From Chiloscyllium plagiosum (Eukaryota), in contig NC_057719.1 of assembly GCF_004010195.1 (NCBI RefSeq), positions 8,242,224 through 8,306,223 of the forward strand: a stretch of DNA of 64,000 nucleotides, written 5' to 3'. Within the stretch, counting starts at the first letter, position 1, and every line of letters starts with the position of its first letter. The notes beneath the pieces are model-generated. The model had not been told where the DNA came from, ran no database searches, and worked only from the letters and a program-made list of their open reading frames with translations. The translations under genes and the position numbers were made by a program. Shown here piece by piece: positions 1 through 13,860 of the stretch.

Positions 1-801
1 GCACTATCAGGGGGTTGGGGGAGTGGGGCAGATGCTGCACTGTCTAGGGGAGGGGGAGATTCTGCATTGTAGGGGGATGAGGGGTTTTGTGCCATGACTC
101 CAAAAGGATGTGAAAGACCTGACTGATCCACATTGAGGATAAGCAAAGGACCTGTCTCGGTCTTCCAGCCAATAGTTTGTAAAATCAAAAGTGAAAACCA
201 CATTCATCTCGTTGCTTATTTATGGCAAGGTGCTGTTCTAACCAGTTGTCATGTTTACCTACTTTAACAATCCACACATTTTAAAGGAATATATTTATTT
301 TACATGCAAAGTAGTTTGGGAGCTGGCTGAGATGATGAGATGCTGTATAAATTCAGGACTATCCTCTTTGAAGGACGTGTTCCATCTCTAAAAGATGCAG
401 CTCCTTTTATTCATGTTTCACAGCAAGCAGCTCTCCCCAGCTTCCCGTGGTTAAGCTTATTTCACAACTGGGAGTGTCGGATACGTGTGAACGTGTATTG
501 GTTAGGGCTCAGTGAGTAGCTGGCTTGGTCCTGATTCAGGGGGCAATGGATTCAAAGCCCACTCAGGAATAGGTCTTTTTCCACCAAGAAATAGGAAATG
601 ACACTTTAGGGAGTGCTGTACTGTCAGGGATGCTGTCTTTTCAGGTTAGGTGTTTAACCGAAATGTCTCTGTTGGACGCATAATGCCCCATAGGATTGTT
701 TGAAAGCAGGATCCAGTGTTATCCCCCCCAGTGTCCTACCAAATATTTACCCCTCCCAATAAACATCACTAAAACAGATTATCATTAGATTATCATACTG
801 A

Positions 802-983
802 TCAGGCAGCATCCAAGGAGCAGGGGAGTTGACATTTTAAGCATTAGCTCTTCAACAGATGAAGAATTGATGCTCGAAATGTCAACTCCCCTTCTCCTCG
901 GATGCTCCCCTGACCTGCTGCGCTTTTCCAGCATCACACTCTCGACTCTGATCTCCAGCATCTGCAGTCCTCACTTTCTCCTG
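802..983. mobile_element. Short inverted-repeat Penelope-derived insertion (degenerate hammerhead family)
   Basis: Arms are reverse-complementary; 12-bp TSD TTATCATACTGA at 790-801 and 984-995. Confidence 0.75.
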
Positions 984-1916
984 TTATCATACTGAGCTTT
1001 GTGGGAGCTTGCGGTGTGTAAATTGGCTTCCGAGATTCCTACATGACCAGTCGCAAAACGCCAGTAATGCCTCTTTGGGAGGTAAGGTAGACAGGCAGAA
1101 GGCTGGGTGAACACAGCAAGCCAGGCAGCATCAGGAGGGGGAGAAGTCAACGTTTTGGGTGTAACCCTTCTTCAGGGTGGGTGTGGGGGGNTGTAGAACT
1201 CAATGTTGAGTCATCTGGGCTGGAAGCTGACTTTGAGCGGGAAAGCATATTGGAAGGCCAGGGGGCTGTGAAAGTCACTACCTAAATGTAAGTTTTTTCC
1301 CACCAAATACGCAATCTGTCATAATTCAAAATGTATTTCTAAGACAAAATCAATTCTGAAATGAAGCAATGGACTTGTCATTTATGTTTTACGTGATAAG
1401 CCTTCTTGTTTGAAAGTGTAAGCTTTGTCAGGGATTTTGACTTTGGTAGCACTGTGCAGTAAATGGACTTGATCAGGAGAAAAGTGTTGGTTAATTTCTT
1501 TCCTCATTCTTGAGAGTCACTGGTGAAACCAAAGTGGACTGTCCCATCCCGAATAGCCCTCAGGATGGAGGTGGTGAAACCTTGTCTCAGATTGATGTGG
1601 TCTTATAATGAGACACACAGGCTGCTCAGTACCCTGTGGTGTTGAGGCTATTGTACACTGAATACCATCTGGATTAATATGCGCCAAATGAGAAAAAAGG
1701 CTGAGATGGTAAAGAACTTGGAGCTTTTAAAATTCATATTGAAACACCGCATTTTTCTGCAGGCTGTAATGGGTTACTCTGATTTTAGACATTTCAAACT
1801 AAGATCATCAGACTCGGTGTTAGCTTCTTAACATCTAATAACCCAATCTCTGGTGAATTAATTTCTTTATATCAAGTGCTACAGAATCTACATTATCACA
1901 GTTAACAAAACTAAAT

Positions 1917-2215
1917 AAGAATCATAGAAGCCCTACAGTGTGGACGCAGGCCATTCGGTCCATCAAATCCACACTGACCCTTCAAAGACCATCTCACCCG
2001 GACCCACATTTCCCATGGCTAATCGACGTAACTTGCACATCCCTGGACATTTTAGCATGGTCAATCCACCTATCCTGTGCACCTTTGGACTGTGGGAGGA
2101 AATCAACACAGGCATGGGGAGAATATGCAAACTCCACACAGACAGTCACCTGAGGTTGGAATCAAATTTGGGTTCCTGGTGCTGTGAAGCAGCATTGCTA
2201 ACCAATGAGCCACTC
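1917..2215 (-). mobile_element. tRNA-derived SINE (HE1/V-SINE-like)
   Basis: Reverse complement of the SINE at 18152-18481, with head, central domain and CR1-like tail. Confidence 0.85.
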
Positions 2216-5200
2216 CCAAATGTTGGTTGAGCAGCTTACAATGGTAGGAAAATAAGATCAAAGAAGAAGATAATAGACTGATTGATCAGATGAAGTTGGT
2301 TAGAGAATGGACGGTAGCTGTCTTTCTCTGCATTTGAACAATAAGGGTGAGGGATTTGAACAAGATGTCTAGGCTGAGACTCCCAATGCAGTGGGAGAAA
2401 GTAAGGACTGCAGATGCTGGGGATCAGAGTCGAGAGTGTGGTGCTGGAAAAGCACAGCACGTCAGGCAGCATCTGAGGAGCAGAAGAATCGATGTTTAGG
2501 GCATAAACCCTTCATCAGGAAACCCAGCACCACCCTCTCAACTCCCAGTGTAGTGCCTGGAGAGATGTTAAACCACCTTCCCACCTGCTGTCTCTCAAAG
2601 ATTGTAAAAGGTTCTAAATGTGGTATTCCAGGGAAAGTAAGTGAATTCCCTCCTTGCAAGATATTTTGGATAATCTTTACTCCTCAGTCATCACCATCAA
2701 TAACTTACCACAGGGCTCCTGGTAAGGGTTTGGGTAGGGGGCTCTTTTATCATGGGGTAGCTTTTGCCCTGCAGTACCACTGTCCCACTCTACACAATAT
2801 ACCCACCACAAGTAAATTGGAAGTACTTGCAGGTTGTTAATCAATAAGGTTTGGCTTGGTTATGACATAACTTTGTTGGTTGTTGGGTTCCCCAGTGGAA
2901 ACATCAAAAACAGGCCCATCAACACTGTCTCACCATTTCTTCTGATCATGGAGCAGGAATAGTATCCATTTCTCCCAAGGCCTCTCTATCCCTCAATCAA
3001 CACCAAACCCAGATCATCTGATCATTATCAGAGTGACCTTTCTGCTAATTTTACACTCCACAAAGTACACTAGAAATCAAACTTCTCGCTGCGATTTCTC
3101 AGCACCACATGGGTGAGTATGCCGGAGATTCTCTGATTTCCTTGGGGACTTGCAAAACTGTCTGGATAGAGAGGTTAGTATTAATGCTGGGATGCAGATT
3201 TTATCCATGGAAGGAGTGGAAATGAGCAGAGGATTCCCTTTTCTTGTTTCAGATTTACCTTCTTAAAATAGAAACGATGGGAGTTCTGTGATAGAGAAGA
3301 TTGTTCTGGATGGGGGTGGAGTTTTCTCCTTTGGACTCCAGCATAATGAAGCTGATAATTTTCTTGGAGCCCATAGTGCTTGAGTGTATGTATGGAGTCG
3401 GTTTTTAATGGATCAGAATTTTGGAAAAAAGAACACATTTTGTTGAAGCTCTTCATTTTTCATTCATCAGGATATTTTGCAAGAATACAAATTCAAGGGG
3501 AAACTAACATTCATATCACCTGAGAGAAGAGTGCTGATTGGTTGACAATTGATAGAGGTGTTGCCATGGATAATGCACCCATTCATGTTGATTGACAGTT
3601 AACAGCCAAGTGCGCTCAAATTTTAAACCAGATAGCTTGACTCTGCTTGGTCAGGGCTTTGCCCTGAGCAGGGAAGCAGCAAATGACATATAATTCCTTG
3701 CACAATCAGGATTATCCAGTAAATGATGTTCAATTTCAAATGTGGGATCTCCATGCTAACTAATTGACAGTTAGAGAGGTAGAGCTATAGATAGTTATAT
3801 ATAGACTATTACTGCGTTGGCAGTATACTTTTGACATTTAACTCCTTTAGATGTTCCAGTAAAGTAGATGACTCAATGCTTTCCTCCACTCCAGCGAAGA
3901 CACTGATTTATAGTTACTACAGAATGCAATCAGCCTGTGTGGGAGCAATTGATGGTAAATGCAGGAGGCGACAGGAGACAGTCGAGTCAGACCTGGAATC
4001 ACAGACTGACTCCATGGTTAACCAAGGGAAGAAAATTACCTTTTGAAATATTTGCTACACAGTATTGGAGCAAAGCTGGTGCTAAAAGTGAAGATAACGA
4101 TTCTGTTCCAAATGTGAATAAACTGCCCTCTCAACATATACATAGTCACTCAATCATGGAGCACCACGCTGTGCAGATACACCTAATGTTGCTGATTTAT
4201 TCTCCATTAATTACTCCTGAAAATGTAATTAAGTGATTCGTTCAACACAGAGACTGGGATCTGATGCTTTTAGCCAAAGGCCCTAGTTTCCATTTATCTG
4301 TGAAAAACCTTTAGTGGCCCATGAAGCAAATTTATTGACTGAACAATGCAGAATATAATTCACAGTCGCACTGTAAGCACATAGTAATTTTATCACAATG
4401 AAAATACTGTTCGATTCCATTCTGTGTGAAGTGAATTGAGACATTGGTGTAAATGGGGTTTTATGATATCCAAGTCCATTATCTTAGCATTTCATTGTTT
4501 TTCTATAAACCAAAGCCTTCACTCATCAGCTGCTTCATTCCATTCAAATACCAAGAAATGGCTAAAAGCACTGGAAACTGCTGAGTCTATGGGCCCTGAC
4601 TGTTACGTTTGGATTGAGCTATAATACATCATACTTCTCTGGTTTAATCTCCAAGCAAAACAGAGACGGTTCTACATTCAGAAAGTTTATTTACATAGCA
4701 TCTTAGAACTTTACAAAACTTTCAATATACATGTATTTATAGGTAGGAGCAGCATGTCTAGTCTCTCTCCAGAGTTTCCTGGGAGCCAGTCAGCAAATCC
4801 ACATACTACCTCCACCCCCAGACTAAAGCAATCAAGCACTGTGCAAGGATCTATGATCAGACAAACTTAATCAGACACCATGCTAGCAACGTCCTAGATG
4901 TAGCACCGAAGACTTGTGGTCACACAACTTGCTGTGCCTCTCACCAAACTGTTCAAGTAAAGCTGTGACACAATGTCGCAGGTATGCTCTGTCTATAAAA
5001 AGCAGGATGAATCATAAGAATTTTTAAATGGCCAATTATACTGAACTTGTTGAAACATGATGTAAAAGAACACCACAAGACAAGGACATTTTTCTTTAAA
5101 AACGTAAATATGTTTCCAGTTCCCTGGAAGGTTGAATTGAGAATCTAGAAGATTTTGCACATGCATTAGCTGTGTTGTCTTTCTATGGCCTCACTAGGAT

Positions 5201-7531
5201 GTGGCATGTGGAATAATGCCAAGATTACATCCCTAATGGTCCTGCTTTTCAACTTTCTACCTGGCTCCCTAATTTCCTGTGCCTGCTGGTAATGATGAGG
5301 TGACAGTGATTTTATTTCACTACATGCGCAGGCACCTCACCTGCATTCACAGGCCAGGATGTTGCTGAGGATTATCGTGGTTCTCCATGAACAGGTGGTG
5401 TAGTGGTATTAACAGCAGACAATGCCCTTTACCTGTATCTGGTATGTCTGAATTCATTAAGGTTCAATCTCAGGAAAAAGGGAGGACTGCAGATGTTGGA
5501 GAATCAGAGTCAAAAAGTGTGGCGCTGGAAAAGCACAGCCGGCCAGGCAGCATTTGAGGTGCAGGAGAGTCAACGTTTCAGGCATAAGCCCTTCATCAGG
5601 AATGTGGATGTGATGAAGGGTTTATGCCCGAAACATCGACTCTCCTATTCTCATTCTCAGCAAACTGTGCAGTGTGGACACCTCTGATAGCTCTCACCCG
5701 AGAAACTGTAAGTGAGGAGGATAGTATGAGATAGGAACAACATCCTCGAAATACAATCTGAGCAGCTCTGTGACGCTGGACTGTGTGCTGTGTGGGTCTG
5801 TTTCCCTGGACACATATTGAGACAAACATTGACTATGCCTGGAGTTCATCAACTTGGTCTGCCTGAAACATGTTGGTCTGCCAGTGTGAAGAGTTGACCT
5901 TGACCGAGTGTTGCAGACTGGTACATTCCAGGGTCGAGGGCTACATGCTGAGGGACGCACTAAGGCCTGGATCAGCTGCCAAGGCACTGTAGGGAACAAT
6001 CACAATCTGAAATCTTTCTGTCAAATATAACAAGGGCCCGTTGAGTTGTTAGACCCCCCTTGTTGCCTCCAAATGAATTTAAATAGTTTCTGCATGAGCA
6101 GCAAATGCCTTAGTTTCACAACTGCAGGAAAGTTCTGAGGAATGTCAAATTCCACTGTGTTAGAATCCCTACAGTGTGAAAGCAGGCCATTCGGCACATC
6201 AAGTGCACACCAACCCAATCCCCATAACTGTTTTAGGACCTTTTGTACAGACTTATAGATCTTTTTTCTGCAAATGGAGCATTTTTTATATCTCGTCAGT
6301 TTTCCCTCTTATTCGTGTTACGTTTTGAGAACAGGTTCCATAGACTTAGCTTTTCACTATAACTGAACTAATTGTGATGCTTAAGGTGACTTAAGGAGCC
6401 AATAGGGTAAACAGGCATGTGCCATTTGCTCTGGAGAGAGTAGAGTCCAGAACAAGGAGGTTATAAACTTAACACAAGAGCTAGTCCATTCAGGGGAGAT
6501 GTTAGATACAAAAGGTAATGGAGATCTGGATCTCTGTCCCTCAGATAGAGGCTAGGAGTCAATTTGAAACTGAGACTGATAGATTTTTATTCAACAAGGG
6601 TCATAGAACCAAGTGGATGGAAGGATATTAGTTAGAATTTAGATAGATTTAGAGAGATTTTTAGGTAGATTCTTCTGATTTTTATTAGATATGGGTCATA
6701 GAACTAAGCGGTTGGGATAGAAGGATGTTGGATAGAATTCTGATATATATCAGCTATTATGTAATTCAGTGGCAGTACAATCTCAGTATTCACATGGTCT
6801 TCAGTGTTCAACAGTTCCGACTTGGATCACAGGATTTTCTGTTCAATGATCTCATCAGGGACAAGCAATGATGTTTTGATGCCAACAATCACAAAGTTGC
6901 TTGAGAAGGCATTCTTGCTCTTGACTGTGAAGATATGATAACTTATAAGTTCTGGGAAAAAGAAAATGTACTGTGAAGCAACAAGGGAATTAAAAAGGAA
7001 TTGGTCTGAAATACTAACTCTCCTGAGATACTACCTTTCCTACTGAGCTTCTCCACCTTTATTTATTTATTCTTCTATGAGATTTTCTGCATCTGCATTT
7101 AGCTTTTGGCTTATACTGCACAGTCTTATGTGAGGGAAATCATGTCTCACAAACGTCATTGAGTTTTTTGAGGAAGTAACCCAGAAGTTTAATGAGGCCA
7201 GAGCTGTAGATGTTGTTTACATGGACATGGCTTTACATAGTAAAGCCTTTGACAAGATTCGGCATGGTAGACTAATCAGCAAAATTAGATCACTAGGATT
7301 CAGTGAACTTGCCAACTGGATACAAAATTGGCTTTATGAAAGTGGAGGGTTGTGTTTTGGACTGGAGGCCTGTTACCCAGTAGTGTTCTATAGGGATCGG
7401 AACTGGGTCCATATTTGTTTGTCATTTATATAAATGATTTAAATGAGAATATAGGAGACATGATCAGTAAGTTTATGGATGACACCAAAATTGGTAGTGT
7501 AGTAGACAGTGAAGAAGGTTAGCTAAGATTA

Positions 7532-7683
7532 GGAGATGCCGGTGTTGGACTAGGGTGTACAAAGTTAAAAATCATACAACACCAAACTATAGTTCAACAG
7601 GTTTAACTGGAAGCACTAGCTTTCGGAGCGCTGCTCCTTCATCAGGTGGTTGGACTATAGCCTGGTGTTGTGTGATTTTTAAC
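7532..7683 (-). mobile_element. Short Penelope-derived insertion carrying a minimal hammerhead ribozyme
   Basis: 13-bp TSD TTAGCTAAGATTA at 7519-7531 and 7684-7696; partially inverted ends; hammerhead core inside. Confidence 0.8.
7614..7648 (-). ncRNA. Minimal type I hammerhead ribozyme (intact core)
   Basis: Minus strand reads CAC-CUGAUGA-A-GGAGC agc GCUCC-GAAA-GC-UA-GUG: helix I CAC/GUG, 5-bp helix II, palindromic AGCU in place of helix III, CUA cleavage triplet. Confidence 0.75.
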
Positions 7684-8448
7684 TTAGCTAAGATTACAAT
7701 GGGATCTTGATCAATTGGGTCAATGGGCTGAGGAGTGGCAGATGGAGTTTAATTTTGATACATGTGAGGTATTGCATTTTGGTAAAACCAACAAGGGCAG
7801 TACTTACATAATTAAGAGTTGGACCTTTGAGTAGTGTTGTAGAACAGAGAGACCTAGGTGTTTAGGTACATAATTCTTTGAAGTTTACATTACAGGTAGA
7901 TATGGTGGATAAGAAGGTGTTTAGCATGCTTGCCTTCATTGCTCAGACCTTTGAGTACAGGAGTTGGGATGTCATGTTGAGATTGTACAAGACATTGGTG
8001 AGGCCTGTTCTGTTCTGGTCGCCATGTTATAGGAAAGATATTATGAAGCTGGAGAGGGTTCAGGAGAGATTTACCAGGATGTTGCTGGGAATGGAGGGTT
8101 TGAGTTATAAGAAGAGGCTGAATCGGATAAGACTTTTTTCACTGGAGCATAGGAGGTTAAGGGGTGACCTTAGAGAAGTTTATAAAACCATGAGGAGTAT
8201 AGATGAGGTGAATGGCAGGTGTCTTTTTCCAAGGACAGGGGATTTCAAGACAAGGGGGCATATTTTTAAGATGAGAGGAGAAAGATTTTAAAAAGACATG
8301 AGGGGCAACCTTTTTACACAGAGAGTGGTTTCAGTGTGGAATAACCTTTCAGAGGAAGTAGTGTATGTGGGTGCAATTACGACATTTAAAAGACATTTGA
8401 ATAAATACATGAATATGAAAAGTTTGGAGGGACATGGGTCAAATGCAG

Positions 8449-10233
8449 TGTCATGCACCAGGCCAGACCCCTCAAAATATTTTAATAACGTAGCCTAGAC
8501 CCTAAGTGGGTGCTCCAGATGTGGTGTCACTGGTAAAACTGCTTGGCTTTAAGCAAAACACAGTTTATTTAAACATTGTGTTAACAGTTACTCCCAGTGC
8601 TATGAGCCAGTGAGGGCAGGAATAGGAAGACAGAGCAGGTGAATGCATGACTGAGGAGCTGGTGTATGGGAGAAGGATTCACATTTTTGGATCATTGGAA
8701 TCTCTTTTGGGGTAGAAGTGACCTGTACAAGAAGGACGGATTNNNNNNNNNNNNNNNNNNNNNNNNNNNNNNNNNNNNNNNNNNNNNNNNNNNNNNNNNN
8801 NNNNNNNNNNNNNNNNNNNNNNNNNNNNNNNNNNNNNNNNNNNNNNNNNNNNNNNNNNNNNNNNNNNNNNNNNNNNNNNNNNNNNNNNNNNNNNNNNNNN
8901 NNNNNNNNNNNNNNNNNNNNNNNNNNNNNNNNNNNNNNNNNNNNNNNNNNNNNNNNNNNNNNNNNNNNNNNNNNNNNNNNNNNNNNNNNNNNNNNNNNNN
9001 NNNNNNNNNNNNNNNNNNNNNNNNNNNNNNNNNNNNNNNNNNNNNNNNNNNNNNNNNNNNNNNNNNNNNNNNNNNNNNNNNNNNNNNNNNNNNNNNNNNN
9101 NNNNNNNNNNNNNNNNNNNNNNNNNNNNNNNNNNNNNNNNNNNNNNNNNNNNNNNNNNNNNNNNNNNNNNNNNNNNNNNNNNNNNNNNNNNNNNNNNNNN
9201 NNNNNNNNNNNNNNNNNNNNNNNNNNNNNNNNNNNNNNNNNNNNNNNNNNNNNNNNNNNNNNNNNNNNNNNNNNNNNNNNNNNNNNNNNNNNNNNNNNNN
9301 NNNNNNNNNNNNNNNNNNNNNNNNNNNNNNNNNNNNNNNNNNNNNNNNNNNNNNNNNNNNNNNNNNNNNNNNNNNNNNNNNNNNNNNNNNNNNNNNNNNN
9401 NNNNNNNNNNNNNNNNNNNNNNNNNNNNNNNNNNNNNNNNNNNNNNNNNNNNNAGGTTTACAAAATTATGAGGGGCATGGATAGGATAAATAGACAAAGT
9501 CTTTTCCCTGGGGTCGGGGAGTCCAGTGGGCATGGGTTTAGGGTGAGAGGGGAAAGATATAAAAGAGACCTAAGGGGCAACTTTTTCACGCAGAGGGTAG
9601 TACGTGTATGGAATGAGCTGCCAGAGAATGTGGTGGAGGCTGGTACAATTGCAACATTTAAAAGGCATTTGGATGGGTATATGAATAGGAAGGGTTTGGA
9701 GGGATATGGGCCGGGTGCTGACAGGTGGGACTAGATTGGGTTGGGATATCTGGTCAGCATGGACGGGTTGGACCGAAGGGTCTGTTTCCATGCTGTACAT
9801 CTCTATGATTCTATGACTCTATACAAAGAAAGAAAGAGGAAATTAGAATAACCTATTGGAAAACTGGACTGAATAATAGATGTAGTACCCATTATTATTC
9901 CAATATAGTAACATCCCATAAACACATCCATTGGCAAAAAGTTAATTCAGACCCAGGTTCTTGCATTCAACATCAAGAGAGATTTCAGAGAAGGTCACAG
10001 TTAGGAATCAGTTACTGAAACTCTGCAACCCTTCTGGGTCCCAAACAGCTCCTCTGCTACAGCTGAAAAAAAAACAAGGGCTGATCTGGGCTAACTGGCC
10101 ACTGCCCTTCCATTGTTGTATCTGTTTTATAAAAACCTAAAGGCCTCTTAAACTATAGACTTCAGCTTCCTCCAGTAGGCACTTCAGCACCTCTGCCTTT
10201 TCCACCTCTCTTGAAGAAAGACAGAACAACACA
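8449..10233 (-). mobile_element. Probable solo LTR inserted in CR1, itself interrupted by another CR1
   Basis: TGT...ACA termini; 4-bp TSD GCAG (8445-8448 and 10234-10237); host CR1 tail is continuous across it; minus-strand AATAAA near the left end (~8564-8569). Confidence 0.6.
8585..9822 (+). mobile_element. CR1 LINE (ORF1 esterase fragment, gap, 3' end)
   Basis: LRSWCMGEGFTFLDHWNLFWGRSDLYKKDG resembles the CR1 ORF1 SGNH-esterase C-terminus; after the N-gap, VYKIMRGMDR...FFTQRVVRVWNELP and the tail. Confidence 0.75.
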
Positions 10234-10559
10234 GCAGACAGGTGAGACTATTTTAATTTGGAATTATGGTCAACATGAACATGTTGGACCGAAGGGTCTG
10301 TTTCTGTGCTGTATGACTCTGACTCTATTGGCCAGCTCTGTGTTTACTCCATGACTCCATTTACCAAATGGAATAACTATATCCATCCCATCCACTTTTG
10401 AAGTCTCTAATATTCAATTTTGACATTCCTGCTGAGTTCCTGATTTTTTTTTAATCAGCCTGATCAGAGATGAGAAAGCTCCTTGCTAATGAAACTTAGG
10501 TTTTTTTAGCTTATCTGGAACTCTGACTCATCAATAACCTTGTGCAAGTCTTTTAAAAA

Positions 10560-10888
10560 TAGAATCCCGACAGTGTTGAAACAAGCCCTTCGGCCCAACA
10601 AATCCACACTGACTCTCTGAAGAGTAACCCACCCAAAACCTTTCCTTTACCCTCTTGCCCTACATTTACCCCTAACTAACACACCCCTGAACACGACAGG
10701 CAATTTAACGTGGCCAATTCACTTGACCTGCACATTTTTGGATTGTGGGAGGAAACCAGAGCAAACCTACACAGACACGGGGAGAAGGTGCAAACTCCAC
10801 ACAGACAGTCACCCAAGGCTGGAATCGAACCTGGATCCCTGGCGCTGTGAGGCAGCAGTGCTAGTCACTGAGCCACCATGTCGCCCAC
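10560..10888 (-). mobile_element. tRNA-derived SINE (HE1/V-SINE-like)
   Basis: Reverse complement match to 18152-18481. Confidence 0.85.
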
Positions 10889-12722
10889 ATGGTGATTTCC
10901 TTCGGGTCCCTTTCCCCAGTGGGCTGGTTCAAAAATTCCCTGCTGGCTTACAAGTCTAACTACGGCTTCTCCAACAAGCTCCAGTCAACCATCTTCACTC
11001 CTCAGTCTGAATGACAGTACAGTGCAGGGCCCAGTACATAACGCACTGTTATCATCCAGCACTGCAATTCTCTCCCTCAAGCAATCCATCAGTTTTAATT
11101 TGACTGCCTGTGCTCTGTTGGAGTTGAGACAGGCATTGGAGATTGCAACAAGAATAGCTTTGAGCTTGTGTCTTATGTACCGTTCAACCAGATGATGGGA
11201 CACAGGGCCCCCTGTAAAAACGAGGCAGACTGAAGAAAGGAGAATGTTACTTACAGATTGTGGCAAATTCCCTTCATTTGTTTATTGGGAAATGTGCCAA
11301 CACAGCCGGTTAGAATTGCTGCAAGCCGCATGGGAAACAGTTACAAGATATCTGTCTCCTTCTCTCACTGACTCCTGCTCAACCAGTGAAAAAAACCCTG
11401 CTTCCATCTGCTGGGAGAGAGGTTAGAACACAGAAGACAATCCAAACCTTAATGTTAGACATACGTTGTTTTATGATTGATGCTCGAAAGCACTTCTTTC
11501 CGCAAAGGGGACCAGAAATCTGAAACTCTCTCTCCCCCCCTAAAAGCTGCTGAGGTCACTGGGTGGAGGGAGGGGAGAAATTGCAAATTGGATCCATTTT
11601 TGTCAGGCGAGGAATGAAAGGTTATGGAATCCGAGCAAGTATACCATTAAGCATTACATTCAACGAGGAACTATTTGCTTGATGGAAAATGCTTGAGGGG
11701 CTGAATGGCCTCTATCAGTTGACAATGTGATTGGGCGCTTAACCTCCACTTCTCATGATTTCACAGACTGTGTTGGACGTAAAAGGATCCCTCTGTTGTT
11801 GAGTTGGAGACAGGGATTTTGCCCTTGATCCCGTTAGCCTGCAAACTCTGTGGATGTGTTCAGTTGAAATGTCATCAAACTTTGAACACTAAACTGTTAG
11901 AAAGCAAATATTTAATTGACAAATTTATAGGAAATGGCCAAAAAGAAAGTGGTGACAGTGGTGGAGACGATGGGAACGGGTGAGGGACAGGGTTTGAGGA
12001 AGGATTTTTCACATTTAGCCTGCAAACCTACTAATTGCAGTCTCTAGATGTTCGATGGAACCCCAACCCCCCCCAAAACCCAACAGTCATTCGGGGGGAA
12101 AAAAACAGAAAGTGCTGGAAAAACTCGGCAGGTCTGTGAGCAGCTGTGGAGAGAAAAACAGAGTTAACATCTAATGATGCTTCTTCAGGACATTCTGACT
12201 GGAAACATTAACTCTGTTTCTCTCTCCACGGATGCTGGCAGACCTGCTGAGTTTCTCCAGCATTTTCTGTTTTTGTTTCAGACCTTCACCCTCTACAGTT
12301 CTTTGTTTTATATAAGTTATTGAGGGAGAGAGTTTGATTTGTATGACCCTGCTTCCCAACATCACCCTGAGCCGTAATTTCAAGCTTGTTCTCCTTTGAT
12401 CTGGACTCCTTACAGTGCCTCCCATTATCTACCCTTCAAATTCTTTGACCATCTTAAACACTTCAATTTGATGATCCCTTAAACTGTACAAGCCTAGTCC
12501 ATGTAGTCTGCCATCATAAATTACATGCTTTGATCCTGATATCATACTGGTGAGTTTACACTATCCTGTCTAACATGAATATATCCTTTCTCGTGTCAAT
12601 GCCTGAAGCTAAATAGATCTCCAAATACTCAATGAACAAAGCTCTGTGCAATTTGTTGAACAGAGAATCTAAAAGCTTCAGGATGCTACTTGCAAGCCTG
12701 TCAACCTCAGGATCATTTTTTT

Positions 12723-13860
12723 TTTAGATTCAATTGCCTACAGAATGGAAACAGGCCCTTCAGCCCAACAAGTCACATTTGGATACAGAATTGGTTCAAA
12801 GGTAGAAGACAAAGGTGGAGGATTGTTTTTCAGACTGGAGACCTGTGACCAGTGGAGTGCCACAAGGATCGGTGCTGGGCCCTCTACTTTTTGTCATTTA
12901 ACATAAATGATTTGGATGCGAGCATAAGAGGTACAGTTAGTAAGTTTGCAGATGACACCAAAATTGGAAGTGTAGTGGACAGCGAAGAGGGTTACCTCAG
13001 ATTACAACAGGATCTGGACCAGATGGGCCAATGGGCTGAGAAGTGGCAGATGGAATTTAATTCATAGAACATAGAACATAGAAATTTTGGGAAAGGCAGA
13101 TCAGGACAGGACTTATATACTTGATGGTAAGGTCCTGGGGGAGTGTTGCTGAACAAAGAGACCTTGGAGTGCAGGTTCATAGCTCCTTGAAAGTNNNNNN
13201 NNNNNNNNNNNNNNNNNNNNNNNNNNNNNNNNNNNNNNNNNNNNGTCGGGGAGTCCAGAACTAGAGGGCATAGGTTTAGGGTGAGAGGGGAAAGATATAA
13301 AAGAGACCTAAGGGGCAACATTTTCATGCAGAGGGTGGTACGTGTATGGAATGAGCTGCCAGAGGAAGTGGTGGAGACTAGCACAATTGCAACATTTAAA
13401 AGGCATTTGGATGGGTATATGAATAGGAAGGGTTTGGAGGGATATGGGCTGGGTGCTGGCAGGTGGGACTAGATTGGGTTGGGATATCTGGTCAGCATGG
13501 ATGGTTTGGACCGAAGGGTCTGCTTCTATGTTGTACATCTCTATGACTCTATAAGTCCACACTGACCCTCCGAACAGTAACCCATCCAGACCTATCCCCC
13601 TACTCTATATTAACCCCTGACTAATGCACCTAACATTATGGGCAATTTAGCATGGTCAATTCACCCTAACCTGCATGCAATTTAGCATGGTCAATTCACC
13701 CTAACCTGCATACCTTTGGATTGTGGGAGGAAACTGGAGCACCCGGAGGAAACCCACACAGACACGGGGAGAATGTGCAAACTCCACACAGACAGTCGCC
13801 TGAGGCGGGAATTGAACCCAGGTCCTTGGCGCTGTGAGGCAGTGGTGCTAACCACTGAGT
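12723..13860 (-). mobile_element. SINE (minus) split by a CR1 3' fragment (plus, ~12779-13552)
   Basis: SINE tail at 12723-12778 and body at 13553-13860; the intervening sequence has FADDTKIG and the CR1 tail. Confidence 0.8.

Larger units (their letters stand above)
7130..10328 (+). mobile_element. CR1-clade LINE 3' portion (degenerate RT to tail), interrupted by nested insertions
   Basis: SKAFDKI, FI.IND, DDTKIG and LYKTLVRP...LERVQERFTRML motifs. The tail resumes at ~10234 and ends in gactct repeats. Confidence 0.85.

Noticed and set aside
8666..9734. Long ORFs at 8666-9734, 38277-39590 and 55241-56378
   Set aside because: Artefacts of translating through N-gaps.
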